DNA of 64,000 nucleotides from Flavobacteriales bacterium UBA4110 (GTDB lineage: Bacteria > Bacteroidota > Bacteroidia > Flavobacteriales > Weeksellaceae): contig DFXK01000007.1 in NCBI GenBank assembly GCA_002383165.1, positions 34,403 to 98,402 of the forward strand, read 5' to 3'. Position numbers and translations under genes: made by a program. Below the pieces are notes generated by a model that worked only from the letters and a program-made list of their open reading frames with translations, ran no database searches and was not told where the DNA came from. This document shows, one piece after another, positions 1 through 9,508 of this stretch (within the stretch, counting starts at the first letter, position 1; every line of letters starts with the position of its first letter).

Positions 1-266
1 AGATCAATGTTCATGACAATGATGGTCAGCTCGGCTTATATGTTCCTTATTCACCGGAGCAAAATGCTGTGACCGACATTGTGGGCAGTATGGGGCAAAC
101 TTCTGGTACCAATATTATGATGACGCAGTCGGCTGGTCAGCAGATCGCGGCGGATTTAAGCAGAGGCGTGGTGCAGGGGTTATCAGGATATTTCCAGAAA
201 CGGGTCAGACAACAAAAAGTAAAGGTAAAAGCAGGCCATCAGGTTTTGCTTGTGCCAAAAAAATAA
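1..266 (+). CDS. traM: Conjugative transposon protein TraM, C-terminal end (5' part outside window)
   Basis: The frame is open from the window edge. The tail ...KVKVKAGHQVLLVPKK and the position directly upstream of traN fit Bacteroidetes TraM. The listed ORF 69-266 is only the GTG-started tail. Confidence 0.65.
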   Translation, partial: INVHDNDGQLGLYVPYSPEQNAVTDIVGSMGQTSGTNIMMTQSAGQQIAADLSRGVVQGLSGYFQKRVRQQKVKVKAGHQVLLVPKK

Positions 267-285
267 CCCATTAAAAAACAAAAAA

Positions 286-1188
286 ATGAATAAAATAAAA
301 AGGAATTATCTCACTACAGTCGTATTTCTGCTTTTGACAGTAAGAGCACTAGCGCAGGATTCTATCTTTACATATCTTCCATTAGAAGAGGCTAGATTAC
401 AGCCCTACAAAATGCAGGTCACCTACAATAAAACCTCGCATCTACTTTTTCCTTCGCCGATCCGATATGTTGACCTGGGGAGTGACCTGCTGGTCGCCAA
501 TAAGGCAGAGCCTGTTGGAAATGTTCTTCGGATCAAATCGGCAGTCCGGGACTTCGAAGAAGAAACCAATTTTTCGGTGATCACCGAAGACGGAAAGTTC
601 TACAGCTTCGATGTGTTTTACAGTTCATATCCTGATGCACTCAGCTATGACCTTTTAAAGATGCAGAGAAGCCATGAGCGCCAGTATATTGCGGATGTCC
701 TGTTTGAAGATCTCAGGGGAAGTTCGTCCTCTCTTACGGAATTGATTATGGAAAACCTGTATGAAAAAAGCAGCAAGACCATCAAACACATATCGTCCAG
801 AAGCTACGGCATCCAGTTTTCAGTCCGGGCACTGCACGTCAATGACAGCAAATTCTTTTTCACCTTGGAGATTAAAAACAGCAGTAACGTGTCATACGAA
901 ATTGACCTGGTAAATTTCAAAATTATCGATAAAAGGAATTTAAAAAGAACGGTCGTTCAGGATAAACTCTTAGAGCCGGTTAGGGTATATTTTCCAACAA
1001 TGATAGCTTCTCATCATTCTGACATATCAGGAGTTTATTTATTGGATCAGTTTACCCTTCTGAAAGATCAGGTCTTGGAAATTGAAATTCTGGAAAAGAA
1101 TGGCGGAAGGCATCAGAAGGTTCAGCTTGACAATAAAGACCTGATTCAAGCTAGGCTGATCAACGGTTTAAACGTAAAAACAAAATAA
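286..1188 (+). CDS. traN: Conjugative transposon protein TraN (DUF4138-type)
   Basis: Likely ATG at 286 (MNKIKRNYL, signal-like N-terminus). Conserved block YKMQVTYNKTSHLLFPSPIRYVDLGS...NVLRIKS...EEETNFSVITEDGKFYSFDV is typical of TraN. Confidence 0.85.
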   Translation: MNKIKRNYLTTVVFLLLTVRALAQDSIFTYLPLEEARLQPYKMQVTYNKTSHLLFPSPIRYVDLGSDLLVANKAEPVGNVLRIKSAVRDFEEETNFSVITEDGKFYSFDVFYSSYPDALSYDLLKMQRSHERQYIADVLFEDLRGSSSSLTELIMENLYEKSSKTIKHISSRSYGIQFSVRALHVNDSKFFFTLEIKNSSNVSYEIDLVNFKIIDKRNLKRTVVQDKLLEPVRVYFPTMIASHHSDISGVYLLDQFTLLKDQVLEIEILEKNGGRHQKVQLDNKDLIQARLINGLNVKTK

Positions 1189-1189
1189 G

Positions 1190-1750
1190 ATGAATAGATT
1201 ATTTTTAAATACCGCATTACTACTTACAATAAGTATTCAATCGTTTGCCCAGCAAATGATCCCTAATCAAAAAGGATTCGAAATTTCCTATTCAGTATTT
1301 CCACAATCTCCTGAAAAGCAAAATTACGCTTTAGGTGCAGGTGTTATTTCTTACACCAAAAACGGTAATTACCTCTTCGGATTGGCCGAATACAGCAGAA
1401 AGTATTACGAGTATGTCCATTACGATATTCCGATTGATACCTTCCTTTTCAATGGGGGTTACAGTCTCTATGTGTGGGGAGATCTGATGCGGAATGTCAA
1501 TTTCAATCTTAGTTTAGGAGGCCTTGCAGGTTATGAGCAGATCAATAGGGGAAATGAAACGATCTATGATGGCTCTATTATTAATGCAACCGAGAATTTT
1601 ATTTATGGTGCAAGTGGTAAACTGTCTTTAGAAAGTTATCTGACATACCAGTTGGTTTTTTTGGTCAATGGGCAGCTGCGCTATTTGCAGAAAAGTCAGC
1701 TCGGTGAGTTTCACGCTTTGTTTGGTTTCGGAATACGATTTAATTTTTAA
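1190..1750 (+). CDS. traO: Conjugative transposon protein TraO-like, secreted
   Basis: 186 aa with a signal peptide (LLLTISIQSFAQQ), starting 1 nt after the traN stop. Size, position and beta-rich composition fit TraO. Confidence 0.65.
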   Translation: MNRLFLNTALLLTISIQSFAQQMIPNQKGFEISYSVFPQSPEKQNYALGAGVISYTKNGNYLFGLAEYSRKYYEYVHYDIPIDTFLFNGGYSLYVWGDLMRNVNFNLSLGGLAGYEQINRGNETIYDGSIINATENFIYGASGKLSLESYLTYQLVFLVNGQLRYLQKSQLGEFHALFGFGIRFNF

Positions 1751-1762
1751 AAAGCTTGTAAA

Positions 1763-2203
1763 ATGAAAAATGTAATCAACAAAAAGATCTTGCAACTATT
1801 TAAGTATTCAATGGCAATTTTCTTAGTGAGTTTTGTATTTAATTCCTGTCAGGACAGCGATCTGCAAATTCAGCACGACTTTCCTTTTGAAGTTCAAATA
1901 ATGCCAGTTCCTGGTAAAATAGCTGAGAATGAAACGGTAGAAATTCGCATTTCACTATTGACTTCTTCGAACTTTAATGGAACAATGTACAGTGTTAGGT
2001 ATTTTCAATATGAAGGAGCTGGTCAACTTCAATATTACAGCGATCCACCATATCTACCGAATGACGAGTATCCATTGAAGCAAAAACAATTCAGACTTTA
2101 CTATACATCTAAAGCTTCCGAATCCCATCAGTTCAGTATTTGGATCAAAGATAATTTTGGAAATGAAAGAAAGGTAGATTTTGAATTTGACAATGCATCT
2201 TAA
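1763..2203 (+). CDS. DUF3872-like lipoprotein (TraQ position of Bacteroidetes ICEs)
   Basis: 146 aa with a lipobox-like FVFNSC. The pattern FPFEVQIMPVP...RYFQYEGAGQL...FRLYYTS matches proteins found after traO. Confidence 0.55.
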   Translation: MKNVINKKILQLFKYSMAIFLVSFVFNSCQDSDLQIQHDFPFEVQIMPVPGKIAENETVEIRISLLTSSNFNGTMYSVRYFQYEGAGQLQYYSDPPYLPNDEYPLKQKQFRLYYTSKASESHQFSIWIKDNFGNERKVDFEFDNAS

Positions 2204-2221
2204 AATTTCTAATTGACTTCT

Positions 2222-2253
2222 AGCGGCTTGTTTTTGTACCAAGCCGCTTTTTA
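2222..2253 (+). terminator. Rho-independent terminator closing the tra operon
   Basis: Perfect 9-bp stem AGCGGCTTG (2222-2230) / CAAGCCGCT (2240-2248) with a 9-nt loop, followed by TTTTTAT. Confidence 0.75.
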
Positions 2254-2334
2254 TGAGGACATTGAAAGAAAAATCAGATCAGGATTAGACTGAGTGAAGT
2301 CTCAACACCATTTTACAGGAGATTGCAAATAAAA

Positions 2335-3323
2335 ATGAATTATTTGGGATCTAAAAAAAGACTATCGGGGTTTATCTACAAAGTCATTTCAAATTCTGTA
2401 GAACAAAAACTGGCTGATTGCAGCTTCTGCGATCTTTTTGCAGGAACAGGAATAGTAGGAAACTATTTCCATGACAAAGTTAAAAGTATCATTTACAATG
2501 TTAGGGAATACTATAGCTTTGTTATTAACAGTGCATTCTTTAGCAACGTATCAGAAGAGAAATACCGGGGAATGCTTGCGGAATTAAATCAATTAGATGG
2601 CAGGGAAGGATTTATATTTAATCAATATTCGGAATGCGGAACAGCTGGTCGGTTATATTTTTCATCCGAAAACGGTCAAAAAATAGATGCCATAAGGATG
2701 CATATTGAACGACGATTTCAAAGTTTTGAGATAGATCAAAATTTCTATATGCTTTTATTGGCTACCTTGTTAAAAGCGGTTGATAAAGTTGCTAACACAG
2801 CTTCCGTGCACTGTGCTTACCTAAAAACAGTAAAAACAACCGCCACTAAAAATTTACATTTACTTGCTGTTAAAAGAACAGAACTATCATCCTGACTATC
2901 AAATATTTAATGAGGACAGCAACGAATTAATTACCCAGGTGAAAGGTGACATCCTGTATTTGGATCCTCCGTACAATGGCAGAGAATATGGTTCCTATTA
3001 TCATTTGTTGAACACCATCGCTTTGTACGATATCGACTTTGAACCTAAGGGAAAGAAAGGTTTGAGACCCTACAATACATCAAAATTCTGTTTAAGATCA
3101 GAGGCTGAAAATGTGATGTTTGATCTTTACAAAAATGCGATTTTCAGCATATTTTCTTAGTTACAATAATGAAGGATTTCTTTCATATCCTATGATTAAG
3201 GAGATGATGAATGGTTTGGGAACTTATAGTTGTTCAACGATTGAATACAAGCGATTTCAAAGCAAGCAAGCAATGGGTACTGGAAGAAAAATAGAATATC
3301 TTCATCATTTAATAAAACATTAA
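2335..3323 (+). pseudogene. D12-class N6-adenine DNA methyltransferase (Dam-like), split over three frames
   Basis: ORFs 2323-2895, 2864-3160 and 3120-3323 together give NYLGSKKRL...CDLFAGTG (SAM site), DILYLDPPYN (DPPY motif) and LSYNNEG. Two +1 frame changes. The first maps to the A4 run in gttaaaagaac (~2870). Confidence 0.8.
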
Positions 3324-3509
3324 ATCTACACAGTCTCACAACTTTTATGAAGCAGGGAGGGTTTGTGAGGCATAACATAAGAGTTGTATCCCTACTTTTT
3401 GCGAAAAGACGTTTCCGACCATCGGAAGGAATTGTCTTTTCGCCCGAATTTGAAAATACACGACAACATTTGATTTATCGTGTATTTTTTTTAATAATAA
3501 TGAATGCAT

Positions 3510-3953
3510 TTACAAAAGACCTTCGTCGGCAAATGATAAATGATCGGTTGATGTCAGAATGAAATGATCCAGTAATTTAAGGTTTAAACATTCTGATGCG
3601 CTTTTAATGCTCTGCGTAATTTTCAGATCTTCGGCAGAAGGTTTCAAATTTCCGGAGGGGTGATTGTGTGCCAATATCACTGCTGAAGCGTTACAAAGAA
3701 GTGCCGCCTGCATGATGATGCGGACGTCAACAACCGTGGAAGAAATTCCCGATTCAGAAATTTTTCTTATACCTAAAACTTTGTGAGCCTGATTTAAATA
3801 TAAGGCAAAAAATGATTCTCGGTAATCTATTTCATCACGGTCAAAGTGCTGACGGAATACATCCACTGCGTCCCGCGAACTTCTAACTAATTTTTCAGAA
3901 TTTCCTTTTCTGGAATAACTTAATTTTATCTCGTTGACAATATTGAATTTCAT
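3510..3953 (-). CDS. radC: RadC-like JAB/JAMM domain protein
   Basis: 147 aa with AVILAHNHPSGNLKPSAEDLKIT (JAMM HxHxxG...S..D motif). Confidence 0.85.
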   Translation of the reverse strand: MKFNIVNEIKLSYSRKGNSEKLVRSSRDAVDVFRQHFDRDEIDYRESFFALYLNQAHKVLGIRKISESGISSTVVDVRIIMQAALLCNASAVILAHNHPSGNLKPSAEDLKITQSIKSASECLNLKLLDHFILTSTDHLSFADEGLL

Positions 3954-4014
3954 AAGGGTTGCTCTTGTACGGCAGAGACTTGAATTTCCCGTACTTAATT
4001 TGTAAAATTTATAG

Positions 4015-5088
4015 TTAATTCATGATCAAATTTTCTGCACCAGATCGGGCAAAACTTTCACACAGATCAAAAGCTTTTTGAGATTTCAATTGTGCTGTCC
4101 CTCCCAAGACGATGGACTGAAGTTTTGCTTCGTTATCCTTGTAACTTCTGACATTCTGAAAGTAACCTGTAACAGCATTGTAAGCACCAAACAAAGTTCC
4201 TTTGGTGGTCTCCATTTGTTGGCTTTCGCTGATCATCGCATAGGCAAAGACGTCATCAACGGTGTTTTTAAAAACTGTTGAAACATCATCGAAATTTCCT
4301 TTCCGCAAATGGTTTAAAGTTTCTTTATTGGGGCAGAGTGCCAATTGGATCAGCTTTTTCATTTCATCATCACCGACCTTTATTTTTGCCCAATGATTAA
4401 ACGTGCTTTCCAATTCAGTACTCAATTTATTCGCTAATCCCATGACCTTGTGGGCATCGTCTAAACGCTGTTTTGCGCCTGCGGTATGTCTGATCCGCAC
4501 CACATTGCTCATATTTTTTAGTGAAGCGTTTAAAGTATTTTGACAGACAATGCGTACAGGCGTAAATGCGGCGGTGATGCTTCCGCTCCCATCGTGGGAG
4601 GTGGTTAGGAAAATATATTTTTCCGTAATATCGTCACCATTTCCAACACGGATATAATCGGGTAATTTAGCCGTGATAAATATGCGTTCACCATTTCCCA
4701 AAGCTCCTGCAGTCTCATACAAGATACCATTCCCACCGCCTACAATAGAATCAAAAAATGAAAAGGCTTCACGATTTTGTACGATATGGTAATCTTTTCC
4801 GACTACGCCTAAAACGGTGTTATTATCGGTGCGGATATTGGCAAAGTAGTTGGGAACTTCCAATTCTGAATCGATCATTTCTATTCCGTTGGTATTTTCC
4901 ATAATGCCTGCACCTTTTGTAAATAGCGGAGATTTTTCAACCTCGTAGTCAAGTCCTGCAAATTTGATGGCTTCTTCACTTGTCGGGTATTCCTGTACGA
5001 TCTGCCCCAAGTTGTGCCATGCTTTTTCCTTTACGCTGAAAAATGAATATTTTCCTGTTCTGTTGTTGAAATTTAATTGATGTGCCAT
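4015..5088 (-). CDS. DUF932 domain protein (phage/plasmid-like, common on ICEs)
   Basis: 357 aa. The N-terminus MAHQLNFNNRTGKYSFFSVKEKAWHNLGQIV and overall pattern are typical of DUF932. Confidence 0.75.
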   Translation of the reverse strand: MAHQLNFNNRTGKYSFFSVKEKAWHNLGQIVQEYPTSEEAIKFAGLDYEVEKSPLFTKGAGIMENTNGIEMIDSELEVPNYFANIRTDNNTVLGVVGKDYHIVQNREAFSFFDSIVGGGNGILYETAGALGNGERIFITAKLPDYIRVGNGDDITEKYIFLTTSHDGSGSITAAFTPVRIVCQNTLNASLKNMSNVVRIRHTAGAKQRLDDAHKVMGLANKLSTELESTFNHWAKIKVGDDEMKKLIQLALCPNKETLNHLRKGNFDDVSTVFKNTVDDVFAYAMISESQQMETTKGTLFGAYNAVTGYFQNVRSYKDNEAKLQSIVLGGTAQLKSQKAFDLCESFARSGAENLIMN

Positions 5089-5129
5089 GATGTTAATATT
5101 TATTTTTTAGATAATTGTATTTGATGATT

Positions 5130-5546
5130 TTAAAATGGTAGGTCATCATCTTTTTCGCTGTTGTTGGAATTGGAATTGGAATTTGAATTTTCCTTATTAA
5201 TTTTTTTATTCGATTCATTAGACTTGTTTTCAGTTCGTTTACTACTGCTGTGTACTTTGATTTGTGAGGTGTGGAACTTCAGACCTGCATGGGGTTCTCC
5301 GTCTTTTCCTAACCATGCAGAGGTGTAGGCTCTTCCGCTTAATTCTACCAAAGTCCCTTTTCTTAAAAAGTCTGCAACTTTTGGAGAAATCCAGTAACCA
5401 CATTCAAAATAGGTGGTGTGTTCGATTCGTTCGCCCTGTTTGTTGCGATAATTGTCATTTGTAGCAATTGAAAAATTAACTACATGTTTTCCATTTGGCA
5501 AGTTGCGCACTTCCGCATCCCTTGTCAGTCTTCCGATAATGTTCAT
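5130..5546 (-). CDS. ssb: Single-stranded DNA-binding protein
   Basis: OB-fold start MNIIGRLTRDAEVRNLPNGKHVVNFSIATND, an NS-rich linker and an acidic tail DDDLPF. The likely start is the second Met (5546). Confidence 0.9.
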   Translation of the reverse strand: MNIIGRLTRDAEVRNLPNGKHVVNFSIATNDNYRNKQGERIEHTTYFECGYWISPKVADFLRKGTLVELSGRAYTSAWLGKDGEPHAGLKFHTSQIKVHSSSKRTENKSNESNKKINKENSNSNSNSNNSEKDDDLPF

Positions 5547-5947
5547 AACCGTTGATTTTAAAAGATTGTACATTTTGATCTGTTCTCAACCTCTTCTCCG
5601 TCCTTTCTCTGAAAGCCCTTTGGGTTTCGCTGAATATTTTTCAAAAGAAAAACCGGAAAAAAGAAAGCAGATAATCTTAGCGGGCAAAGGCGAAAGCCAA
5701 AAGGAAACGGAATAATTGGAGGGTACCTTCAGGGAGGAGACCGTTTATGCCGTAGTCTTTTGGGTGGGTGAAGAAATGGATGACCGATATACCTTAGCTG
5801 CCTTTTTACCGGCTTCTTATGAAAAATGATCAGTTGTCGGTAACAATTAATAATTTTACCTTGATGGCTGGTTTTAGTGTTTTTCGATTTGTATTTTACA
5901 CACTAAATACACTATATTTACATTATTGATTTAAATCTTGAAGACCT

Positions 5948-6622
5948 ATGCAGATCAGTGCTTTTAACGAATACTACGATAAGCTTACTACCGTTGAGAA
6001 AAAGAACAGTCCCAAAGAGTTGTTTTACAAAGGGGATTTTTCGTTAGTGGAAAATGGAAGAAGGGTAGCGGTCGTTGGTTCCAGGAAGGTTTCTGAACTG
6101 GGTTTAAGAAGAGCAAGAAAGATAGCTAAGTTCTTGGTTCAAAATGACATTACTGTGGTCAGCGGCTTAGCAGAAGGTGTTGATTCGATCGCACATAAAA
6201 CTGCCATTGAATTTCAAGGTCATACCATCGGTGTTATCGGTACACCCCTCAATAAATATTTCCCTGCTGAAAATAAAGAACTTCAGGATTTTATTGCTGA
6301 AAATCACCTATTGATCTCGCAGTTCCCGGAAAACTATCCCGTAACTCCAAAAAGTTTCCCTATCAGAAACCGCACAATGGCGTTGATCAGTGATGCAACG
6401 ATCATCATTGAGGCGAGTGAGAAAAGCGGAACAAAACATCAGGGTTGGGAGGCATTAAGATTGGGAAGACAGTTGTTCATTATGGAGAATGTCCTTAACG
6501 ATAAAATTTCATGGGCAGAAGAGATGTTAAGCTATGGTGCGCAGTTACTGACCAATGATAATTTTGAATTTCTGATCGAAAGCATTCCTTTTTTAACCAC
6601 AAAAAAAGAATATGTCTTTTGA
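5948..6622 (+). CDS. DprA/Smf-like DNA-processing protein (Rossmann core only)
   Basis: 224 aa with VAVVGSRKVS...VVSGLAEGVDSIAHKTA...FPIRNRTMALISDATIIIEASEKSGT, the DprA signature. No extra N- or C-terminal domains. Confidence 0.7.
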   Translation: MQISAFNEYYDKLTTVEKKNSPKELFYKGDFSLVENGRRVAVVGSRKVSELGLRRARKIAKFLVQNDITVVSGLAEGVDSIAHKTAIEFQGHTIGVIGTPLNKYFPAENKELQDFIAENHLLISQFPENYPVTPKSFPIRNRTMALISDATIIIEASEKSGTKHQGWEALRLGRQLFIMENVLNDKISWAEEMLSYGAQLLTNDNFEFLIESIPFLTTKKEYVF

Positions 6623-6631
6623 GTTTCTATC

Positions 6632-7178
6632 GGTGTACACTTTGTATTTAACCATTTTGGAGTAATCATAACAGGTAGTTTCTCTACTAAATCTCGTATG
6701 ATTTCAAATGAAGCGCTGCCAGATCCAACGATAATAGCAGCACGAAGTGCAGTTAAAGAATATTTCTCACTTCTTAAACAATCCTCAACTGCTTAACGTG
6801 AACTTAAATGCTTGGATAATTTACTTTCGTTAACAATCCCTGTTAAAAATATAACTTGTTCACAATTAGTATCTTCTAAAGCATTTCTAAAATTAATTGC
6901 TGATAATTCTTCTTTTCTGTAAAATATCCATCGCCTGAAGACATTGAGTGCATTAAATAATAGGCTACTTCAATATCCTTTGGGATATTATTTAGTGTAG
7001 AAATCTTTAGAAAATCACTTTCAATAATTTCGATATTACCCTTCGCCTCATTATAAATTTTTGTACTGAAACGTAATTTATCTCTAACTGAACAAACTAC
7101 AGTATGACCTTCAAATAACAGTTGTATCAGTTATCTTTTACCAATTTATCCTGTCGCACCTGTTAATAAAATCTTCAA
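6632..7178 (-). pseudogene. NAD(P)H-binding SDR (YbjT/NmrA-like), decayed and 3'-truncated
   Basis: Reverse translation gives LKILLTGATG*IGKR*L...IVGSGSASFEIIRDLVEKLPVMITPKWLNTKC. In-frame TAA stops lie at 7146-7148 and 7131-7133, with further stops or shifts beyond. Homology stops at ~6635, just past the dprA-like stop. Confidence 0.6.
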
Positions 7179-7228
7179 AATAATTTTTTTTTATAAAATT
7201 TTCTTTAATTATCTCAGACATTATATAA

Positions 7229-8950
7229 CTAAACCGCAGTGGCGGCATCATTAAAGTCATTTAGTATTGAATTTACAATTCTCTCAGATGCAGTATCACA
7301 AAAGTCCATTCCTGAATAATCTGGATTTAGACCACCAATAAATGGAACAGACATATTATAGAATTTTTTATTGCTGACTGCATAAATATCTTTTTTTTCG
7401 AAATTATCTCCTATATTAAGACCTGTAACTAATAAATAGTATTTGCCTGTCGAATCCTGCTTAACATTCTGATTTCCATTTTGTATTTCTTCTTCAGCAA
7501 TATCATTATTTTTAAAATATAGAAATCCTCTTGATATCAATTGTTCGTTTTTTACACTTTCAAATGGAAAATCTCCGTAATTCATAGGTTTTTGACCGAT
7601 GGCATCAACGAACATATCATATTTGATTTCCCTACTTCCGTTGTCATCTTTGATATTATATATTGCGCCATAATTTTCATTAGGAACTACATCACTGTCT
7701 TTACCAACTGAACTTACTGCAAGGATATTAGCATTGTATAATGCCATTATTTCGTGGTAAGAAGATTGTGGAAGTGAAGCAATAATGATTGATATAAGCG
7801 GCATTAATTTTCCTTTTAACCTTAACATATCTTCTGCAGGAAAATGTTTTGCAGGATAATTTACAGCATAACTAAATGCGGATAAAATTTCTTTCCAAAC
7901 AATAGATTGGTGGCGTTCAATAGATTTTTCAGCTTCTGTGAATTCTGCTTTTAATAAAGTAAAACTGTCTAACTCATTTCTAATTTTTAGCATTTCATCA
8001 ACGAATTGCTCAATTGATAGATCTTTTATGCGGTCATAAAATTTATAGTCTTTTTCTTTAACTCTTTCTATGAAATTCTTTTTAAAAACATAATCTAAAT
8101 CAACGAAACCATTATTTTTGTTTTTATAATCATTAATTTCCTCATTGTTCATAGTCCAGTTTGTATCAAATGCTTCATCCTCTGTATGAAATCGTAACGC
8201 TGGTAAAAAACCACTTAATGAATATAAATGAATTTTAAAATTTGGACTCTCATTTGAGACTATATATTCAAGATTACCATTCTCATCTTCTTTATATATA
8301 CCGTTGTTTCTAGAAATTGTTTTTATAGCATCAACTGCTGTAAGAGAAGCTCCCCTTATTGAAACAGGATAATTATTTTTACCTGTAAATTTTGACGGTG
8401 GGTATGGAGAATCATACCAATTTTCAATCTTATCTTCAAATGTTTTTTTCCATAGATGTCCTATACATATTACAGTGTAATCAGATTTAAAAGTATCATT
8501 ATCAGTAATTATGTTGAAAATATTATCAGAATACTTAATGTCTTTAACTTCAGTATTTAGGAGTAACTGTAATTCAATGCCTTGCTTTATCAGTTCCGAT
8601 GAATAAATTTTAAATTGTTCCTCAAGATAATTTCCAAGCAGTAGCCGTGGTATAACTTCGTATTCATTTATATTTCCACCTTTAACAAAATTCTGAAAAC
8701 CTTGATCTGGTTTACGTTTAATGTAGTCTGAAAATGATTCGAATAATTTAGGTAATTCATTAGCACTTACATTAGCTACGTGTTCTTCTTTGCTACCAAA
8801 TTTACCATAAGGCATGCCTACTCCAAATCTGTCATTTCTTTCAAAAATTATGATTTTTTTGAATTGTAATTTCTTGTCGTAAACTTGCTTAAGCATAAAA
8901 AGTGCTGCTGGTCCACCACCGATTAAAGCGAGGGTTGATGTTGCATTCAT
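7229..8950 (-). CDS. FAD/NAD(P)-binding protein of unknown function
   Basis: 573 aa. N-terminal dinucleotide fold LALIGGGPAALFMLKQ, a second fold near YTVICIGH, and a C-terminal VDAIGQKP. Very AT-rich codon usage. Confidence 0.55.
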   Translation of the reverse strand: MNATSTLALIGGGPAALFMLKQVYDKKLQFKKIIIFERNDRFGVGMPYGKFGSKEEHVANVSANELPKLFESFSDYIKRKPDQGFQNFVKGGNINEYEVIPRLLLGNYLEEQFKIYSSELIKQGIELQLLLNTEVKDIKYSDNIFNIITDNDTFKSDYTVICIGHLWKKTFEDKIENWYDSPYPPSKFTGKNNYPVSIRGASLTAVDAIKTISRNNGIYKEDENGNLEYIVSNESPNFKIHLYSLSGFLPALRFHTEDEAFDTNWTMNNEEINDYKNKNNGFVDLDYVFKKNFIERVKEKDYKFYDRIKDLSIEQFVDEMLKIRNELDSFTLLKAEFTEAEKSIERHQSIVWKEILSAFSYAVNYPAKHFPAEDMLRLKGKLMPLISIIIASLPQSSYHEIMALYNANILAVSSVGKDSDVVPNENYGAIYNIKDDNGSREIKYDMFVDAIGQKPMNYGDFPFESVKNEQLISRGFLYFKNNDIAEEEIQNGNQNVKQDSTGKYYLLVTGLNIGDNFEKKDIYAVSNKKFYNMSVPFIGGLNPDYSGMDFCDTASERIVNSILNDFNDAATAV

Positions 8951-9049
8951 AGATTATCTTTTTTATCTTATTATGATTTGGTTTTTTTATTGATTTTAGA
9001 AAATCATTTAATTTTCTAATGCAACATTTTTATAAGTAAAAGCATACAA

Positions 9050-9508
9050 TTAATCTAAATTTTTTACTTCTCTGAATATTGTTTTTACAACTCCTCTTGT
9101 CTCAATGATTTCTCCTTCTGGAATTGTCAAAATTGGGAATTCTTTATTAAGAGGTTTTAAGCATTTATTTTTAAAATCAATTTTTTTTGCAGAAAAACCA
9201 TCTCCTGGAATATAAACAATTGCTAAATCATTGTTTTTTGCGTCTAAATCTGCTCTAATAACCAAATAATCTCCTGGCAAAATATAGGGATAGTTTGACA
9301 TTCCTTTAGCTTTACCAATATATGTTGCTTCGGGTTTAGATAAAAATTTTTCGTCTAAACTGATACGTTTGCCTGAAAAATCTTCTGCAGGTGAAGGAAA
9401 GCCGTTTGCAATCGAATTGTGCAACTCTACATAAAACTTTTTACCATCTTTTTTAATTTCAAAAAATTCTAATTCATCAGAATTCTTGGTCATTTTCTTT
9501 AATATCAT
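9050..9508 (-). CDS. umuD: UmuD-like S24 peptidase (translesion polymerase accessory subunit)
   Basis: [10 protein letters not shown] aligns with E. coli UmuD CGFPSPAADY. Ser in KGMSN and Lys in SAKKI correspond to the catalytic dyad. ATGA overlap with the upstream polymerase gene. Confidence 0.75.
   Translation of the reverse strand: MILKKMTKNSDELEFFEIKKDGKKFYVELHNSIANGFPSPAEDFSGKRISLDEKFLSKPEATYIGKAKGMSNYPYILPGDYLVIRADLDAKNNDLAIVYIPGDGFSAKKIDFKNKCLKPLNKEFPILTIPEGEIIETRGVVKTIFREVKNLD

Noticed and set aside
5574-5947. Relatively GC-rich, partly self-complementary leader upstream of ssb as an ssDNA promoter (Frpo-like) or ncRNA of the ICE leading region.
   Set aside because: Only short imperfect stems are present (for example GAAAGCCC/GGGTTTC). 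There is no long hairpin that would mimic a double-stranded promoter, so it is too speculative.
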